DNA from: Bacilli bacterium
Lineage (GTDB): Bacteria; Bacillota_I; Bacilli_A; RF39; UBA660
Direction: 5' to 3'
Length of the DNA stretch: 64,000 nucleotides
NCBI GenBank assembly: GCA_017548925.1
Contig: JAFYYX010000001.1
Span: 30,829 to 94,828 of the forward strand
Under the pieces are notes generated by a model, which did not search any database, was not told the DNA's origin, and saw only the letters and a list, made by a program, of their open reading frames with translations. Both the position numbers and the translations under genes were made by a program. Shown here in pieces: positions 47,866-58,282 of this stretch; the stretch's first letter is position 1, and the number at the start of each line of letters is the position of its first letter.

Positions 47866-49740
47866 ATGGGTTATGAGATTATTGTCGTAGGTGGTGGTCA
47901 CGCTGGTTGTGAAGCTGCTTATGCTTGCGCAAAAAAAGGACATAAGACATTATTAGTAACTGGAAACATAAAGAACATCGCAGATATGCCTTGTAACCCA
48001 CATATTGGTGGTAGTGCAAAGGGTATCGTAGTAAGAGAAATAGATGCTCTTGGTGGTATCATGGGTAAAATTGCTGATAAAACACATCTTCAAATAAAGA
48101 TGCTTAATAGTGCAAAGGGTCCAGCAGTTCAATCTTTAAGAGCACAAGGAGATAAGATAACTTATCCAAAAGAAATGCTTAATACTCTTAATTCTTTAGA
48201 AAATTTAGAGATTAGAGAAGCAATGGTAGAAGATTTAATTGTTGAAGATGGTGTTGTTAAAGGAATTATATTAGAAGATGGAGAAAAAATAGATTCTAAC
48301 ATAGTTATTTTAACAACTGGTACTTATTTAAAAGCTGATATATTAGTAGGATCTACTAGAACAAGACAAGGTCCTCATGGAGAAAAACCATCCCTTCATT
48401 TAAGTGATAAATTAAGAGAATATGGTTTTACTATTAAAAGACTTAAAACAGGAACTCCTCAAAGAATTGATAGAAGTTCTATAGATTTTTCAAAAACTAA
48501 ACCAGAACTAGGTGATGATAAGTTATTAACATTTAGTTTTGATTTAGAACCACAATATAAAATAGAAGATCAAGAGCCATGCTATTTAACATATACAACT
48601 CCAGAAACACACAAGATAATTATGGATAACTTAAATAAATCTTCAATGTATGGTGCCCTTGATGATATTGAAGGAATAGGTCCAAGATACTGTCCTTCAA
48701 TTGAAGATAAAGTTGTAAGATTTTCTGATAAAGAAAGACATCAACTATTTATTGAACCTGAAAGTAGATACTATGATGACATGTACTTACAAGGATTCTC
48801 AACATCAATGCCACCAGAAGTACAAGAACAAATGGTACATAGCTTACCTGGTTTTGAGCATGCAAAAATATTAAAGTATGGATATGCAATCGAATATGAT
48901 GCAATTTATCCAACACAACTACATGCATCACTTGAAACTAAAGTCCTTGAAAATCTATTTACTGCTGGTCAAATAAATGGAACAAGTGGTTATGAAGAAG
49001 CTGCTTGTCAAGGATTAATGGCTGGTATTAATGCATCGCTTAAACTAGAAGGTAAAGAGCCACTAGTTCTTAAAAGAAACGAAGCATATATTGGTGTACT
49101 TATTGATGACTTAATAACAAAAGGTATTAGAGATCCATATAGATTATTAACATCTAGAGCAGAATTTAGATTACTTTTAAGAAGTGATAATGCAGACCAA
49201 AGATTAAGAAAACATGGATATGAAGTTGGATTAATTGATGATGAGCAAATGTCTAGATTAAATAAGAAACTAGATGATATTGATAAATGTATGGAGTTCT
49301 TAAAGGAAAATAAACTTAAGATAACAAGTGATGTCGAAGCAGTATTTAATGAAAACATTATTCCTGTTCCACAAACGACTTTATCTTTCGAACAATTATT
49401 AAGAAGACCAGAAGTAACAATCGAATTTATTGAAAACTTTGTCGAAATTCCATTTACTGAAGATATAAAAGAACAAGTTTATATTAACTTAAAATATGAA
49501 GGATATATTAAAAAAGCATATAAAGAAGCAGAAAAAATGTTAAAACTTGAAGAAAAACAAATCCCTGAAGATATCGATTATGATAAAGTAAAAAATATTG
49601 CTAGTGAAGCAAGACAAAAGTTAAAAGAGGTAAGACCTACAACAATTGCTCAAGCAATAAGAATAAGTGGAGTAAATCCAGCTGATATTTCGATATTATC
49701 AGTATATTTAAAGAAGGAATATGCTAATGACAATAGATAA
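47866..49740 (+). CDS. mnmG: tRNA uridine 5-carboxymethylaminomethyl modification enzyme MnmG
   Basis: FAD-binding VVGGGHAGCEA. Start set to the ATG at 47866, which has SD AAGGTGA. The ORF-track start has none. Confidence 0.95.
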   Translation: MGYEIIVVGGGHAGCEAAYACAKKGHKTLLVTGNIKNIADMPCNPHIGGSAKGIVVREIDALGGIMGKIADKTHLQIKMLNSAKGPAVQSLRAQGDKITYPKEMLNTLNSLENLEIREAMVEDLIVEDGVVKGIILEDGEKIDSNIVILTTGTYLKADILVGSTRTRQGPHGEKPSLHLSDKLREYGFTIKRLKTGTPQRIDRSSIDFSKTKPELGDDKLLTFSFDLEPQYKIEDQEPCYLTYTTPETHKIIMDNLNKSSMYGALDDIEGIGPRYCPSIEDKVVRFSDKERHQLFIEPESRYYDDMYLQGFSTSMPPEVQEQMVHSLPGFEHAKILKYGYAIEYDAIYPTQLHASLETKVLENLFTAGQINGTSGYEEAACQGLMAGINASLKLEGKEPLVLKRNEAYIGVLIDDLITKGIRDPYRLLTSRAEFRLLLRSDNADQRLRKHGYEVGLIDDEQMSRLNKKLDDIDKCMEFLKENKLKITSDVEAVFNENIIPVPQTTLSFEQLLRRPEVTIEFIENFVEIPFTEDIKEQVYINLKYEGYIKKAYKEAEKMLKLEEKQIPEDIDYDKVKNIASEARQKLKEVRPTTIAQAIRISGVNPADISILSVYLKKEYANDNR

Positions 49741-50440
49741 GTTTATTGAAGAATTAAAAAAAATAAATATTGTATTAACAGATGATCAGTTAGAAAAATT
49801 TAAAAAATATGCTGATTTTCTTCTTGAGTATAATAAAACTACTAATCTTACTGCAATTAGAGATATAGAAGGAGTATATTTAAAACATTTCTATGATTCT
49901 TTATTGGTTTTTGATAATGATATTGTTGATTATTCTAAAGTAAATAGTTTAATTGATATTGGAACAGGAGCTGGATTTCCAGGAGTTGTAATAAAATTAA
50001 TGCAGCCTCATATTAATGTTACATTACTTGATTCAAATAACAAAAAAACAACATTTTTAAAAGAACTTGTTAAAGTTCTTGAATTAGAAAATGTAACAAT
50101 TGTTAATGATAGAGCAGAAAATTTTGTTAAAGAAAATAGACAAAAATTTGATATATCAATAGCTCGTGCTGTTTCAGAATTAAGAGTAATTTCTGAATTA
50201 TGCTTACCACTTACTAAAGTAGATGGATATTTTATAGCATTGAAAGGAAATTATGTTGATGAAATTAAACTTGCATCCCTTGCAATAAATAAACTTAATT
50301 CAGAGATTGTATCAATACAAGAAAGACAATTACCTGTTGAAAAATCATATAGATCAATAATATATATAAAAAATAATAGAAAAATTGATGATATGTATCC
50401 TAGAAGATACGAACAAATTGTTAAAAAAGCATTGAAATAA
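49721..50440 (+). CDS. rsmG: 16S rRNA (guanine527-N7)-methyltransferase
   Basis: DIGTGAGFPG SAM motif. Synteny mnmG-rsmG. Confidence 0.9.
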   Translation: MLMTIDKFIEELKKINIVLTDDQLEKFKKYADFLLEYNKTTNLTAIRDIEGVYLKHFYDSLLVFDNDIVDYSKVNSLIDIGTGAGFPGVVIKLMQPHINVTLLDSNNKKTTFLKELVKVLELENVTIVNDRAENFVKENRQKFDISIARAVSELRVISELCLPLTKVDGYFIALKGNYVDEIKLASLAINKLNSEIVSIQERQLPVEKSYRSIIYIKNNRKIDDMYPRRYEQIVKKALK

Positions 50441-50497
50441 CTTTATAAATAAGATAAAATTAAATAAGAATAAAATAGTAAAAAGGGGTCGAGAACG

Positions 50498-51922
50498 ATG
50501 GATGAAACTAAAGAAGTACGTCAAATTCCGATTGAGGATATAATTCCCAATCGTTTTCAACCACGCATAAATTTTGATGAAAAAGCATTAAATGAACTTG
50601 CTGAATCAATAAAACAACATGGAATAATTCAACCACTTGTTTTAAGACCTTTGGGTGATAAATTTGAAATTATAGCTGGCGAAAGAAGATTTAAAGCAGC
50701 TACATTAGCTGGATTATCAACTGTACCAGGTATTGTAACTGAAATGGATGATAATACTAGTGCAGAAGTTGCACTAATTGAAAATGTTCAAAGAAAAGAT
50801 CTAAGTGCTATTGAAGAAGCTAAATCATATAAAAATATGCTTGAAAGAAGTAATATAACTCAAGAAGAACTAGCTAAAAAAATGGGGTTATCTCAATCAA
50901 CTATAGCTAATAAGTTAAGACTTTTGAATTTATGTGATGAAGTTCAAAATGCGCTTTCACAAGAAAAGATTTCAGAAAGACATGCAAGAGCACTTCTTGC
51001 AATATCTGATAAAGATGAACAAATTAAATGGTTAAATAGAATTATCAATGAAAGACTAACTGTTAGACAATTAGATTTAGCTATTAAAGATGAACAAAAA
51101 GAAGAAACAGAATTCGAAGAAGATATTCCAAAAGTAAATATTAATCCTGATATTGATAGTATTATAAATAATGCTAGTGATATTAATGCTAACGTTAAAC
51201 CTGTTGAAAACAATGCAACTAATGATGTTTTAACTGATAATGTTGCACCAACTGAAATAAAACCGGGCAAATTCTTTAATTATTTAGAAGATGAAGAAGT
51301 TAATATGAATGTTTCTACTGAACCTGAAGAAGAAAAACAACCTGTTAATGATGGAATGTTTAATTTTACTCCAGAATTTGCTGAAGCATCAGATAATCAA
51401 CCTGAACAACCAACTGAAGAAATTGATTCTCTTGATTTTGAACCAACTCAATCAGTTCAACCTGATGAACCAATATATAATGAAGAAACTATTACAAATG
51501 ATATAAATAATCAAGTTGTTAATGAACAAGTTACTCCTGATATACCTCAAGATGATCAAGTTGATGTGGTTAATAATTCTCAAGAAACTTCTGTTTCAAA
51601 TGAAGAACCAGAGTTTATATTTGATGATGAAGATGATGATGAAGGAACTACTTCAGCTAAACCTGTAACTGATGATGTAAAAGTTGAACCTATTCCAGTA
51701 ATGGAAGGTGAAGGAATAACTGATCCAGTTTCATATTATGATACACTTGATCCAAATTTTATGGACAAAGTAAAAGAATTTATTGGTCTAGATTTAAAAA
51801 ATGCTATTAGTTCTTATCGTAACGTAACAAATGACTTAATAGCTTCTGGATTTAATGTAACAATTGATGAAACAGATTTAGAAGATAAATATAAAATAGA
51901 AATTAATATTAATAAAGATTAA
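50498..51922 (+). CDS. noc: ParB-family protein of Noc type (ParB N-domain plus HTH) with a roughly 270-aa acidic low-complexity C-terminal tail
   Basis: IPNRFQPR, GERRFKAA, and HTH GLSQSTIANKLRLLNL plus ISERHARAL closely parallel B. subtilis Noc (GKGQSTIANKLRLLKL, ITERHARAL). The tail is rich in D/E/P/T/N/V and ends in a short, probably folded segment. Confidence 0.75.
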   Translation: MDETKEVRQIPIEDIIPNRFQPRINFDEKALNELAESIKQHGIIQPLVLRPLGDKFEIIAGERRFKAATLAGLSTVPGIVTEMDDNTSAEVALIENVQRKDLSAIEEAKSYKNMLERSNITQEELAKKMGLSQSTIANKLRLLNLCDEVQNALSQEKISERHARALLAISDKDEQIKWLNRIINERLTVRQLDLAIKDEQKEETEFEEDIPKVNINPDIDSIINNASDINANVKPVENNATNDVLTDNVAPTEIKPGKFFNYLEDEEVNMNVSTEPEEEKQPVNDGMFNFTPEFAEASDNQPEQPTEEIDSLDFEPTQSVQPDEPIYNEETITNDINNQVVNEQVTPDIPQDDQVDVVNNSQETSVSNEEPEFIFDDEDDDEGTTSAKPVTDDVKVEPIPVMEGEGITDPVSYYDTLDPNFMDKVKEFIGLDLKNAISSYRNVTNDLIASGFNVTIDETDLEDKYKIEININKD

Positions 51923-51948
51923 TACTAAAAAAGTATTAATCTTTTTTT
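51919..51948. terminator. Bidirectional terminator (ttaatac taaaaaa gtattaa plus T7) between convergent noc-like and PBP genes
   Basis: Hairpin flanked by T-runs. Overlaps the PBP gene stop. Confidence 0.5.
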
Positions 51949-53858
51949 ACATTTTCTGAACCTTTAAGATAATAATAAAGAGCTGTAGTATTTTTATTTT
52001 TAGTATTTTTACCCGTTGTTGCATCTAAAGGTATAGCAATAATATTTTCTGGAGTTTCGTACCATGAGTTCTCTTTATCACTTACATTAACATTTTCTAT
52101 AGTATCAGCAAAAATATTTTTTGTAATGTAACTTTTAGAAGGTGAGACATCAGAAGAATCATCATTTCCAACCCAAATAAGCATTAATTTATTTTTATTA
52201 TACCCAATAGTCCAAAAATCAGTATTTGTAGTCCCCGTTTTAATTGCATATTTTTCTTTTAGTTTATCACTAATTATAAGAGCAGTAGGATTAGTATAAT
52301 CTATAAATGCTTTGTTGTATGTATTAGATAACATTTCACTTAAAATATAGGTATAATTAGGATTTAGTACTTGGTTAGAACTTTTCTTATATTCATACAA
52401 TACATTTCCATCAGAATCTTCTACTTTATTTATAAAGTGTAATTTATTATACATACCTTCATTTGCTAGTGTTGCATAACCTTGGGCATAATCTATCATG
52501 GACATTTCAATTGTTCCAAGAGGTAGTGAAGGAATATTTTTAAGTTTTTGTTTTATACCTGACTTATTAACTACTTCAATTAATTTTTCGCCACCTAAAA
52601 ATATATTTGTTTTAATTGCATATATATTATCAGATAGTGCAATTGCTGATGCCATAGTTATATCTTTATTAGCATATTTATTTCCATAATTTTGTGGAGA
52701 GTATGTTTTTCCGTTTTCACTTTTAAATGTACTTTGTTCACTTGAAAATGTTGAAGAAGACGTAAGATTGTTTTCAAGAGCTGCATAATATAAAAAAGAT
52801 TTCATTGTTGAACCTACCTGTCTTTTTGCATTTGTTGCTCTATTAAACTGGGATTTAGTATAATCTAATCCACCAGATAAAGCTAAAACTCCACCATCTC
52901 TGGGATCAATAATTATACTTGCAACTTGCATTGTTTCACCCTTCATATAATTATTTATATTTTCTTCGAGATTTTTTTGTACATTTATATCTAGATTTGT
53001 ATAGATTTTAATACCTTTCTTCTTAATTATATCTTCAGGAATTCTAACAGTTTCCTTAAGTTCATCTAAAACAGCATCTTGATAATACATTAACGTATTT
53101 AAATTTTCTTTATTGTTTTTTCCATATATATCAATTTTGTTTTTGAATAATTTATTTGCATCTTTTTTTGATATTTTTTTGTTTCTTACCATACAATTAA
53201 GTACAATTTTTGCTCTTTCAATTGATTTTTCATAGTTTGAAACAGGATTATAATTATTAGGACTTTTAGGAATTCCAGCTAATATGATTGATTCTTCAAG
53301 TGTAAGTTTGCTTGGATCTTTATTAAAGTAGTAAATTGATGCATCGGCTATTCCAATATTTCCTTGACCAAAATTAATGGTGTTAATGTATCCTTCTAAT
53401 ATTTCATCTTTACTATAGTTTACTTCAAGGTTTAAAGTTAAAATTGTTTCTTTCCATTTTCTTTCCCAAGATTTATTGAAATTTTGGTACAAATTTTTAA
53501 TATATTGCTGAGAAATGGTTGATGCACCTTCAACAATTTTCTTATTTGAAACATTTTTTATCATCGCTTTAATGATTCTTGGATAGTCAAACCCATTATG
53601 TTTATAGAAGTTCTTATCTTCAATTGATATAACTGCATCAATATAATATTTACTAACATCATCTAGTTTTACCCACTTACTTGAACTTGAACCTTGGTAA
53701 ATAATTTGATCATTTCTATCGTATATATAATATTTATTGGCATTTTTAATTATTGTTTTTGGCACTAAATATGCATAAACGTACATTCCCACAATACATA
53801 TTGAAAATAAAAGAATAGAAAGAAAAAAGACTTTAATAATAGTAGAAATTATTTTCAA
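51936..53858 (-). CDS. Class A penicillin-binding protein (bifunctional transglycosylase-transpeptidase, PBP1A-like)
   Basis: N-terminal TM. GT51 motifs (EDKNFYKHNGFD, RKWKE). Transpeptidase motifs STMK (GSTMKSF), SDN and KTGT. Confidence 0.85.
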   Translation of the reverse strand: MKIISTIIKVFFLSILLFSICIVGMYVYAYLVPKTIIKNANKYYIYDRNDQIIYQGSSSSKWVKLDDVSKYYIDAVISIEDKNFYKHNGFDYPRIIKAMIKNVSNKKIVEGASTISQQYIKNLYQNFNKSWERKWKETILTLNLEVNYSKDEILEGYINTINFGQGNIGIADASIYYFNKDPSKLTLEESIILAGIPKSPNNYNPVSNYEKSIERAKIVLNCMVRNKKISKKDANKLFKNKIDIYGKNNKENLNTLMYYQDAVLDELKETVRIPEDIIKKKGIKIYTNLDINVQKNLEENINNYMKGETMQVASIIIDPRDGGVLALSGGLDYTKSQFNRATNAKRQVGSTMKSFLYYAALENNLTSSSTFSSEQSTFKSENGKTYSPQNYGNKYANKDITMASAIALSDNIYAIKTNIFLGGEKLIEVVNKSGIKQKLKNIPSLPLGTIEMSMIDYAQGYATLANEGMYNKLHFINKVEDSDGNVLYEYKKSSNQVLNPNYTYILSEMLSNTYNKAFIDYTNPTALIISDKLKEKYAIKTGTTNTDFWTIGYNKNKLMLIWVGNDDSSDVSPSKSYITKNIFADTIENVNVSDKENSWYETPENIIAIPLDATTGKNTKNKNTTALYYYLKGSENVKKD

Positions 53859-53948
53859 TATTTATCACCACATATATTATGTAAAAATTTTGATTAAATA
53901 TAAGTGCAAAGTGGTAATCATTATGGTATAATTTGAAACGAAAAAAAG

Positions 53949-54308
53949 GTGATATTATTGAAATTACTACACTATATTAATGGTAATTTATCCGATACAA
54001 CTTCTAAAATAGATATTGAAGAAGAAAAAAATTTAAAAAAATATAAATTTTTTCTTGATAATATTATAAATTACATATATATTACTGATAGACTAGTTTT
54101 TATAAGAGAAAGCGACGATTATATTTTCGAGTTAAATATCTCTGATAATGTTAGTTGTAAATTATATTTAAAATCAGAAAATAAGGAATTTAAAATAGAT
54201 GTAAAAAAGTCTATTTATTCACAAAATGATAAATATATAGATTTTAGTTACATTTTAGAAACAAATGATGAAGAAGAACATCATATTATTTTAAAGATTG
54301 GTGATTAA
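53949..54308 (+). CDS. Hypothetical protein
   Basis: 119-aa ORF with a non-ATG start (GTG or TTG), immediately upstream of argS. Confidence 0.3.
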   Translation: MILLKLLHYINGNLSDTTSKIDIEEEKNLKKYKFFLDNIINYIYITDRLVFIRESDDYIFELNISDNVSCKLYLKSENKEFKIDVKKSIYSQNDKYIDFSYILETNDEEEHHIILKIGD

Positions 54309-54310
54309 TC

Positions 54311-55969
54311 ATGAAAAATAAAATTATTTCAGATATAGCTTCGTTACTAAATGTTGATAAAGATTTAGTTAAAATTGAGTATCCTAAAGATAGAACATTT
54401 GGTGACTATGCTATTCCATGCTTTCAATTTTCAAAAGAATTACATAAAAGTCCTATTGAAATAGCTAATTATTTAAAAGAAAATCTTAATTATGAATCTA
54501 ATGTTGTTAATGGATATTTAAATATATTTATGAACAAGGTAGAAACAACAAAAAGTGTTATTTCAACTATATTAGCTGAAAAAGATGATTACGGTAACAA
54601 CAGTTATGGTGCTGGTAAAAATATCGTTATTGAGTATTCTTCACCTAATGTTGCAAAACCTTTTGGTATGGGACATTTAAGAAGTACAGTAATTGGACAA
54701 GCATTAAATAATATTTCAAAAAAATGTGGTTATAATGTTACTTCAATTAATTACTTAGGTGATTATGGAACGCAATTTGGTAAGTTAATTTATGCATATA
54801 AAAAATGGGGAAATGAAGATGCACTAAATGAATCACCCCTTGATGAATTAAAAAGAGTATATGTTAAGTTTCATGAAGAAGCTGAAAAAGACCCTTCTCT
54901 TGATGATGAAGGCAGAATGTGGTTTAAAAAATTAGAAGAAAATGATGAGGAAGCTTTAAAATATTGGAAATACTTTAAAGAAGTTTCTATTAAAGAATTC
55001 CAAAAAACATATGATCTTTTAAATATTAATAAATTTGATTCTTATGAAGGTGAGTCATATTATAAGGATAAAATGGATCCTGTTATTGATGAACTAGAAT
55101 CAAAAAATTTACTTAAAATTAGTGAAGGAGCAACAATTGTAGAATTAGATGGTATAGTTCCTGCACTAATTAAAAGATCAGATGGAGCATCACTTTATAT
55201 AACAAGAGATATTGCTGCACTACTTGATAGAAAGAAAAGATATAATTTTGATGAAATATTATATGTTGTAGGAAATGAACAATCATTACATTTTGAACAA
55301 GTAAAACAAATTATTAATAAATTGGGTTATGATTTTTCTGAAAATGTTAAACATATTGGATTTGGCATGTTACTTTTAAATGGTAAGAAAATGTCTACAA
55401 GACATGGTAAGAGCGTTATTTTAAAAGATGTATTAGACGAATCAATTGATCTTGCTAAAAAATATATACTTGAAAAAAATCCAAATATTGATAATATTAA
55501 TGAGGTAAGTAAAAAAATTGGTGTTGGAGCAGTTATATTTAATGATTTAAAGAATTATCGTATTAATGACATTGAATTTAACTTAGAAGACACATTAAGA
55601 TTCGAAGGTAATACAGGACCTTATTTACAATATACTTACGCAAGAATTAATTCTCTATTATCTAATAAACAAAATATAGATTTTACATATGATAATATTG
55701 ATATTGATGAAAATAAATGGAATTTAATATGGAGTCTTGCTAAATATGAAGAAACAATTATTACAGCAAAAGAGAATAATGATCCTTCAATTATAGCTAA
55801 GTATTTACTTGATTTAGCAGCAGATTTTAATAAATTCTATGCTCATGAAAGAATAGTTGATGATAATGTTAACTATGCTGAATTTAAACTAAGTTTGTGT
55901 GAAGCAGTTGCTATTGTAATTAAAAATGGACTTGGTTTACTTAATATTGATGTAATTAAACAAATGTAG
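54311..55969 (+). CDS. argS: Arginine--tRNA ligase
   Basis: HIGH-like (PNVAKPFGMGHLR), KMSKS-like (KMSTRHG) and a C-terminal DALR anticodon-binding domain. Confidence 0.95.
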   Translation: MKNKIISDIASLLNVDKDLVKIEYPKDRTFGDYAIPCFQFSKELHKSPIEIANYLKENLNYESNVVNGYLNIFMNKVETTKSVISTILAEKDDYGNNSYGAGKNIVIEYSSPNVAKPFGMGHLRSTVIGQALNNISKKCGYNVTSINYLGDYGTQFGKLIYAYKKWGNEDALNESPLDELKRVYVKFHEEAEKDPSLDDEGRMWFKKLEENDEEALKYWKYFKEVSIKEFQKTYDLLNINKFDSYEGESYYKDKMDPVIDELESKNLLKISEGATIVELDGIVPALIKRSDGASLYITRDIAALLDRKKRYNFDEILYVVGNEQSLHFEQVKQIINKLGYDFSENVKHIGFGMLLLNGKKMSTRHGKSVILKDVLDESIDLAKKYILEKNPNIDNINEVSKKIGVGAVIFNDLKNYRINDIEFNLEDTLRFEGNTGPYLQYTYARINSLLSNKQNIDFTYDNIDIDENKWNLIWSLAKYEETIITAKENNDPSIIAKYLLDLAADFNKFYAHERIVDDNVNYAEFKLSLCEAVAIVIKNGLGLLNIDVIKQM

Positions 55970-55981
55970 GAGGAACAAAAA

Positions 55982-56416
55982 ATGAAATTAAAAGATATAT
56001 CAAAAGAAGACCTTGAAATGATGGGTTATGCAGAACTTGCAGAAATCGTACTTAATGAATCAAAAAAGAAAATGAAAATAGCTGATATTTTCAAAAAAAT
56101 ATGCAAAGCATTAGGTTTAACTGATGCAGAATACGAAGATAGAATATCAGAATTTTTTGAAATAGTATCAACTAATAAATTATTTACAATTTTACCACAA
56201 GGTTATTGTGATTTAAAAACAAGACATAATACTAAAGTTATTATTGATGATGATGAAGAAGAAATTGTTGTTGATGAAGAAATAGAAGATGAAGAACCAG
56301 AAGAAGATGAAGAAAATGAAGACATCTTCTATGATGATACTGAAGACGATGATCTTCCTGATGATGATCTACAAGATTTTGTTGTAGTTGATGAAGACGA
56401 GGAAGTAAACTCTTAG
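55982..56416 (+). CDS. rpoE: DNA-directed RNA polymerase delta subunit
   Basis: N-terminal HARE-HTH-like domain followed by a long D/E-rich tail. 144 aa. Confidence 0.8.
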   Translation: MKLKDISKEDLEMMGYAELAEIVLNESKKKMKIADIFKKICKALGLTDAEYEDRISEFFEIVSTNKLFTILPQGYCDLKTRHNTKVIIDDDEEEIVVDEEIEDEEPEEDEENEDIFYDDTEDDDLPDDDLQDFVVVDEDEEVNS

Positions 56417-56461
56417 CTTAGTTGTTTTTTTAAAAACAATTTAGAAAAGAGGATGAAAATA

Positions 56462-57526
56462 ATGTTTAAAAGATTAGATGCAATCGTTGAAAAGTACTTA
56501 GAGTTAGAAAAAGAATTATCTACTCCTGAAGTACTTAACGATTACAATAAATTGAGAGAGTTATCTAAAGAAAAAAGTGATTTAGAAGAAACTTATCTAA
56601 AATATGAAGAATATAAGAAAACTAAAAATGATTTAGAAGAAGCAGAATCAATGAAGAATGATCCAGAACTTGGAGAAATGGCACAACTTGAAATATCTGA
56701 GTTAAAACCAAGATTAGATGAAATTCATTCTGAACTTGAAATCTTACTTGTTGCTAAAGATGAAAATGATGGTAAAAACGTTATCATGGAAATTAGAGGA
56801 GCAGCTGGTGGAGATGAAGCCAATATTTTTGCTGGTGACTTATTTAGAATGTATACTTACTATGCTGAAAGACAAGGTTGGAAAATTGAAATTATCAACG
56901 AAGTTGAAGGTGCTAGTGGTGGTTATTCTCAAGTAGAGTGTATGATAAAAGGTGAAGATGTATATTCAAAATTAAAATATGAAAGTGGATCTCATAGAGT
57001 TCAAAGAGTTCCTGCTACAGAAACTCAAGGTAGAGTTCATACATCAACAGCAACTGTACTTGTAATGCCAGAAGTTGAAAACGTTAACATTGATATTAAA
57101 GAATCAGATTTAAAAATTGATGTATTCCATTCAAGTGGAGCTGGTGGACAATCAGTAAATACATCTAATAGTGCTGTTAGAATTACACACGTTCCAACAG
57201 GTGTTGCAGTTGCATGTCAAACAGAAAGAAGTCAACTTCTTAATAAAGAAAAAGCAATGCAACTACTAAAAATTAAATTAAATGATGAAATTCAACATAA
57301 ACAAGAACAAGAACTAGGTGCTGAAAGAAAATCAAAAATTGGTACTGGTGACAGATCTGAAAAGATTAGAACATATAATTATCCACAAAACAGAGTTACA
57401 GATCATAGAATTAATTTTTCTGTAATGGAACTTGATAGAGTAATGGATGGACATTTGGATTCAATTATTGAAGCTCTTCAAAATGAAGATCTAAAACTTA
57501 AATTAGCTGGAGAATCATTTGAATAA
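56462..57526 (+). CDS. prfA: Peptide chain release factor 1
   Basis: GGQ motif (SGAGGQSVNT) and PxT-type (PATE) decoding motif. Start set at the ATG at 56462, which has SD AGAGGA. Confidence 0.95.
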   Translation: MFKRLDAIVEKYLELEKELSTPEVLNDYNKLRELSKEKSDLEETYLKYEEYKKTKNDLEEAESMKNDPELGEMAQLEISELKPRLDEIHSELEILLVAKDENDGKNVIMEIRGAAGGDEANIFAGDLFRMYTYYAERQGWKIEIINEVEGASGGYSQVECMIKGEDVYSKLKYESGSHRVQRVPATETQGRVHTSTATVLVMPEVENVNIDIKESDLKIDVFHSSGAGGQSVNTSNSAVRITHVPTGVAVACQTERSQLLNKEKAMQLLKIKLNDEIQHKQEQELGAERKSKIGTGDRSEKIRTYNYPQNRVTDHRINFSVMELDRVMDGHLDSIIEALQNEDLKLKLAGESFE

Positions 57527-58241
57527 TATTTCAAAGATTGATTTAGAATTATTAAAACAAAAATATCAAGGCGAAAGCCTTGATATTGCTTTAAATAAAG
57601 TAAACGAAGGCTATCCAGTACAATATTTGATAGGTAATGTAAATTTTTGTGGAAACATTATAAATGTTAATGAAAATGTACTAATTCCTAGATATGAAAC
57701 AGAATTCTTAGTTCAATTGGTATTAAAAAATATTTCAAAAGATTTTAATGGAAACATTTTAGATATTGGCACAGGTAGTGGTTGCATTAGTATTTCAATT
57801 GCCAAAGAACTTACAAAAGCTAATATAACTGGTATTGACGTATCAAAAAAGGCAATTGAGTTAGCAGTAGAAAATAAAAATATTAATAAAACAAATAACG
57901 TTAAATTCGAAATCAAAGATTTATTTGAAATTAATAATTTGAGTGGATATGAAATTATTGTTAGTAATCCACCATATGTTTCATATAATGAAGAAGTAGG
58001 ATTTGAAACAAAATATGAACCACAAAATGCAATATTTGCAGATAATAACGGTTTAGTATTTTATGAAGAAATAATAAAAAAAGTATCTAAATCAAAAAAT
58101 ATAAAACATATATTTTTTGAAATAGGTATGACTCAAGCAAAAGATATTATGAATTTTAAAAAAGAATATTTACCTGAATATAAAATGGATGTTTATAAAG
58201 ATCTAGCTGGTAAAGATAGATATATACATATATATGAATAA
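57519..58241 (+). CDS. prmC: Release factor glutamine methyltransferase PrmC/HemK
   Basis: NPPY motif (VSNPPYV) and SAM-binding DIGTGSGCI. Confidence 0.85.
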   Translation: MNNISKIDLELLKQKYQGESLDIALNKVNEGYPVQYLIGNVNFCGNIINVNENVLIPRYETEFLVQLVLKNISKDFNGNILDIGTGSGCISISIAKELTKANITGIDVSKKAIELAVENKNINKTNNVKFEIKDLFEINNLSGYEIIVSNPPYVSYNEEVGFETKYEPQNAIFADNNGLVFYEEIIKKVSKSKNIKHIFFEIGMTQAKDIMNFKKEYLPEYKMDVYKDLAGKDRYIHIYE

Positions 58242-58282
58242 TTTATAACTATTTTTCTCAATATTATCTTAGGTGATAAAAA

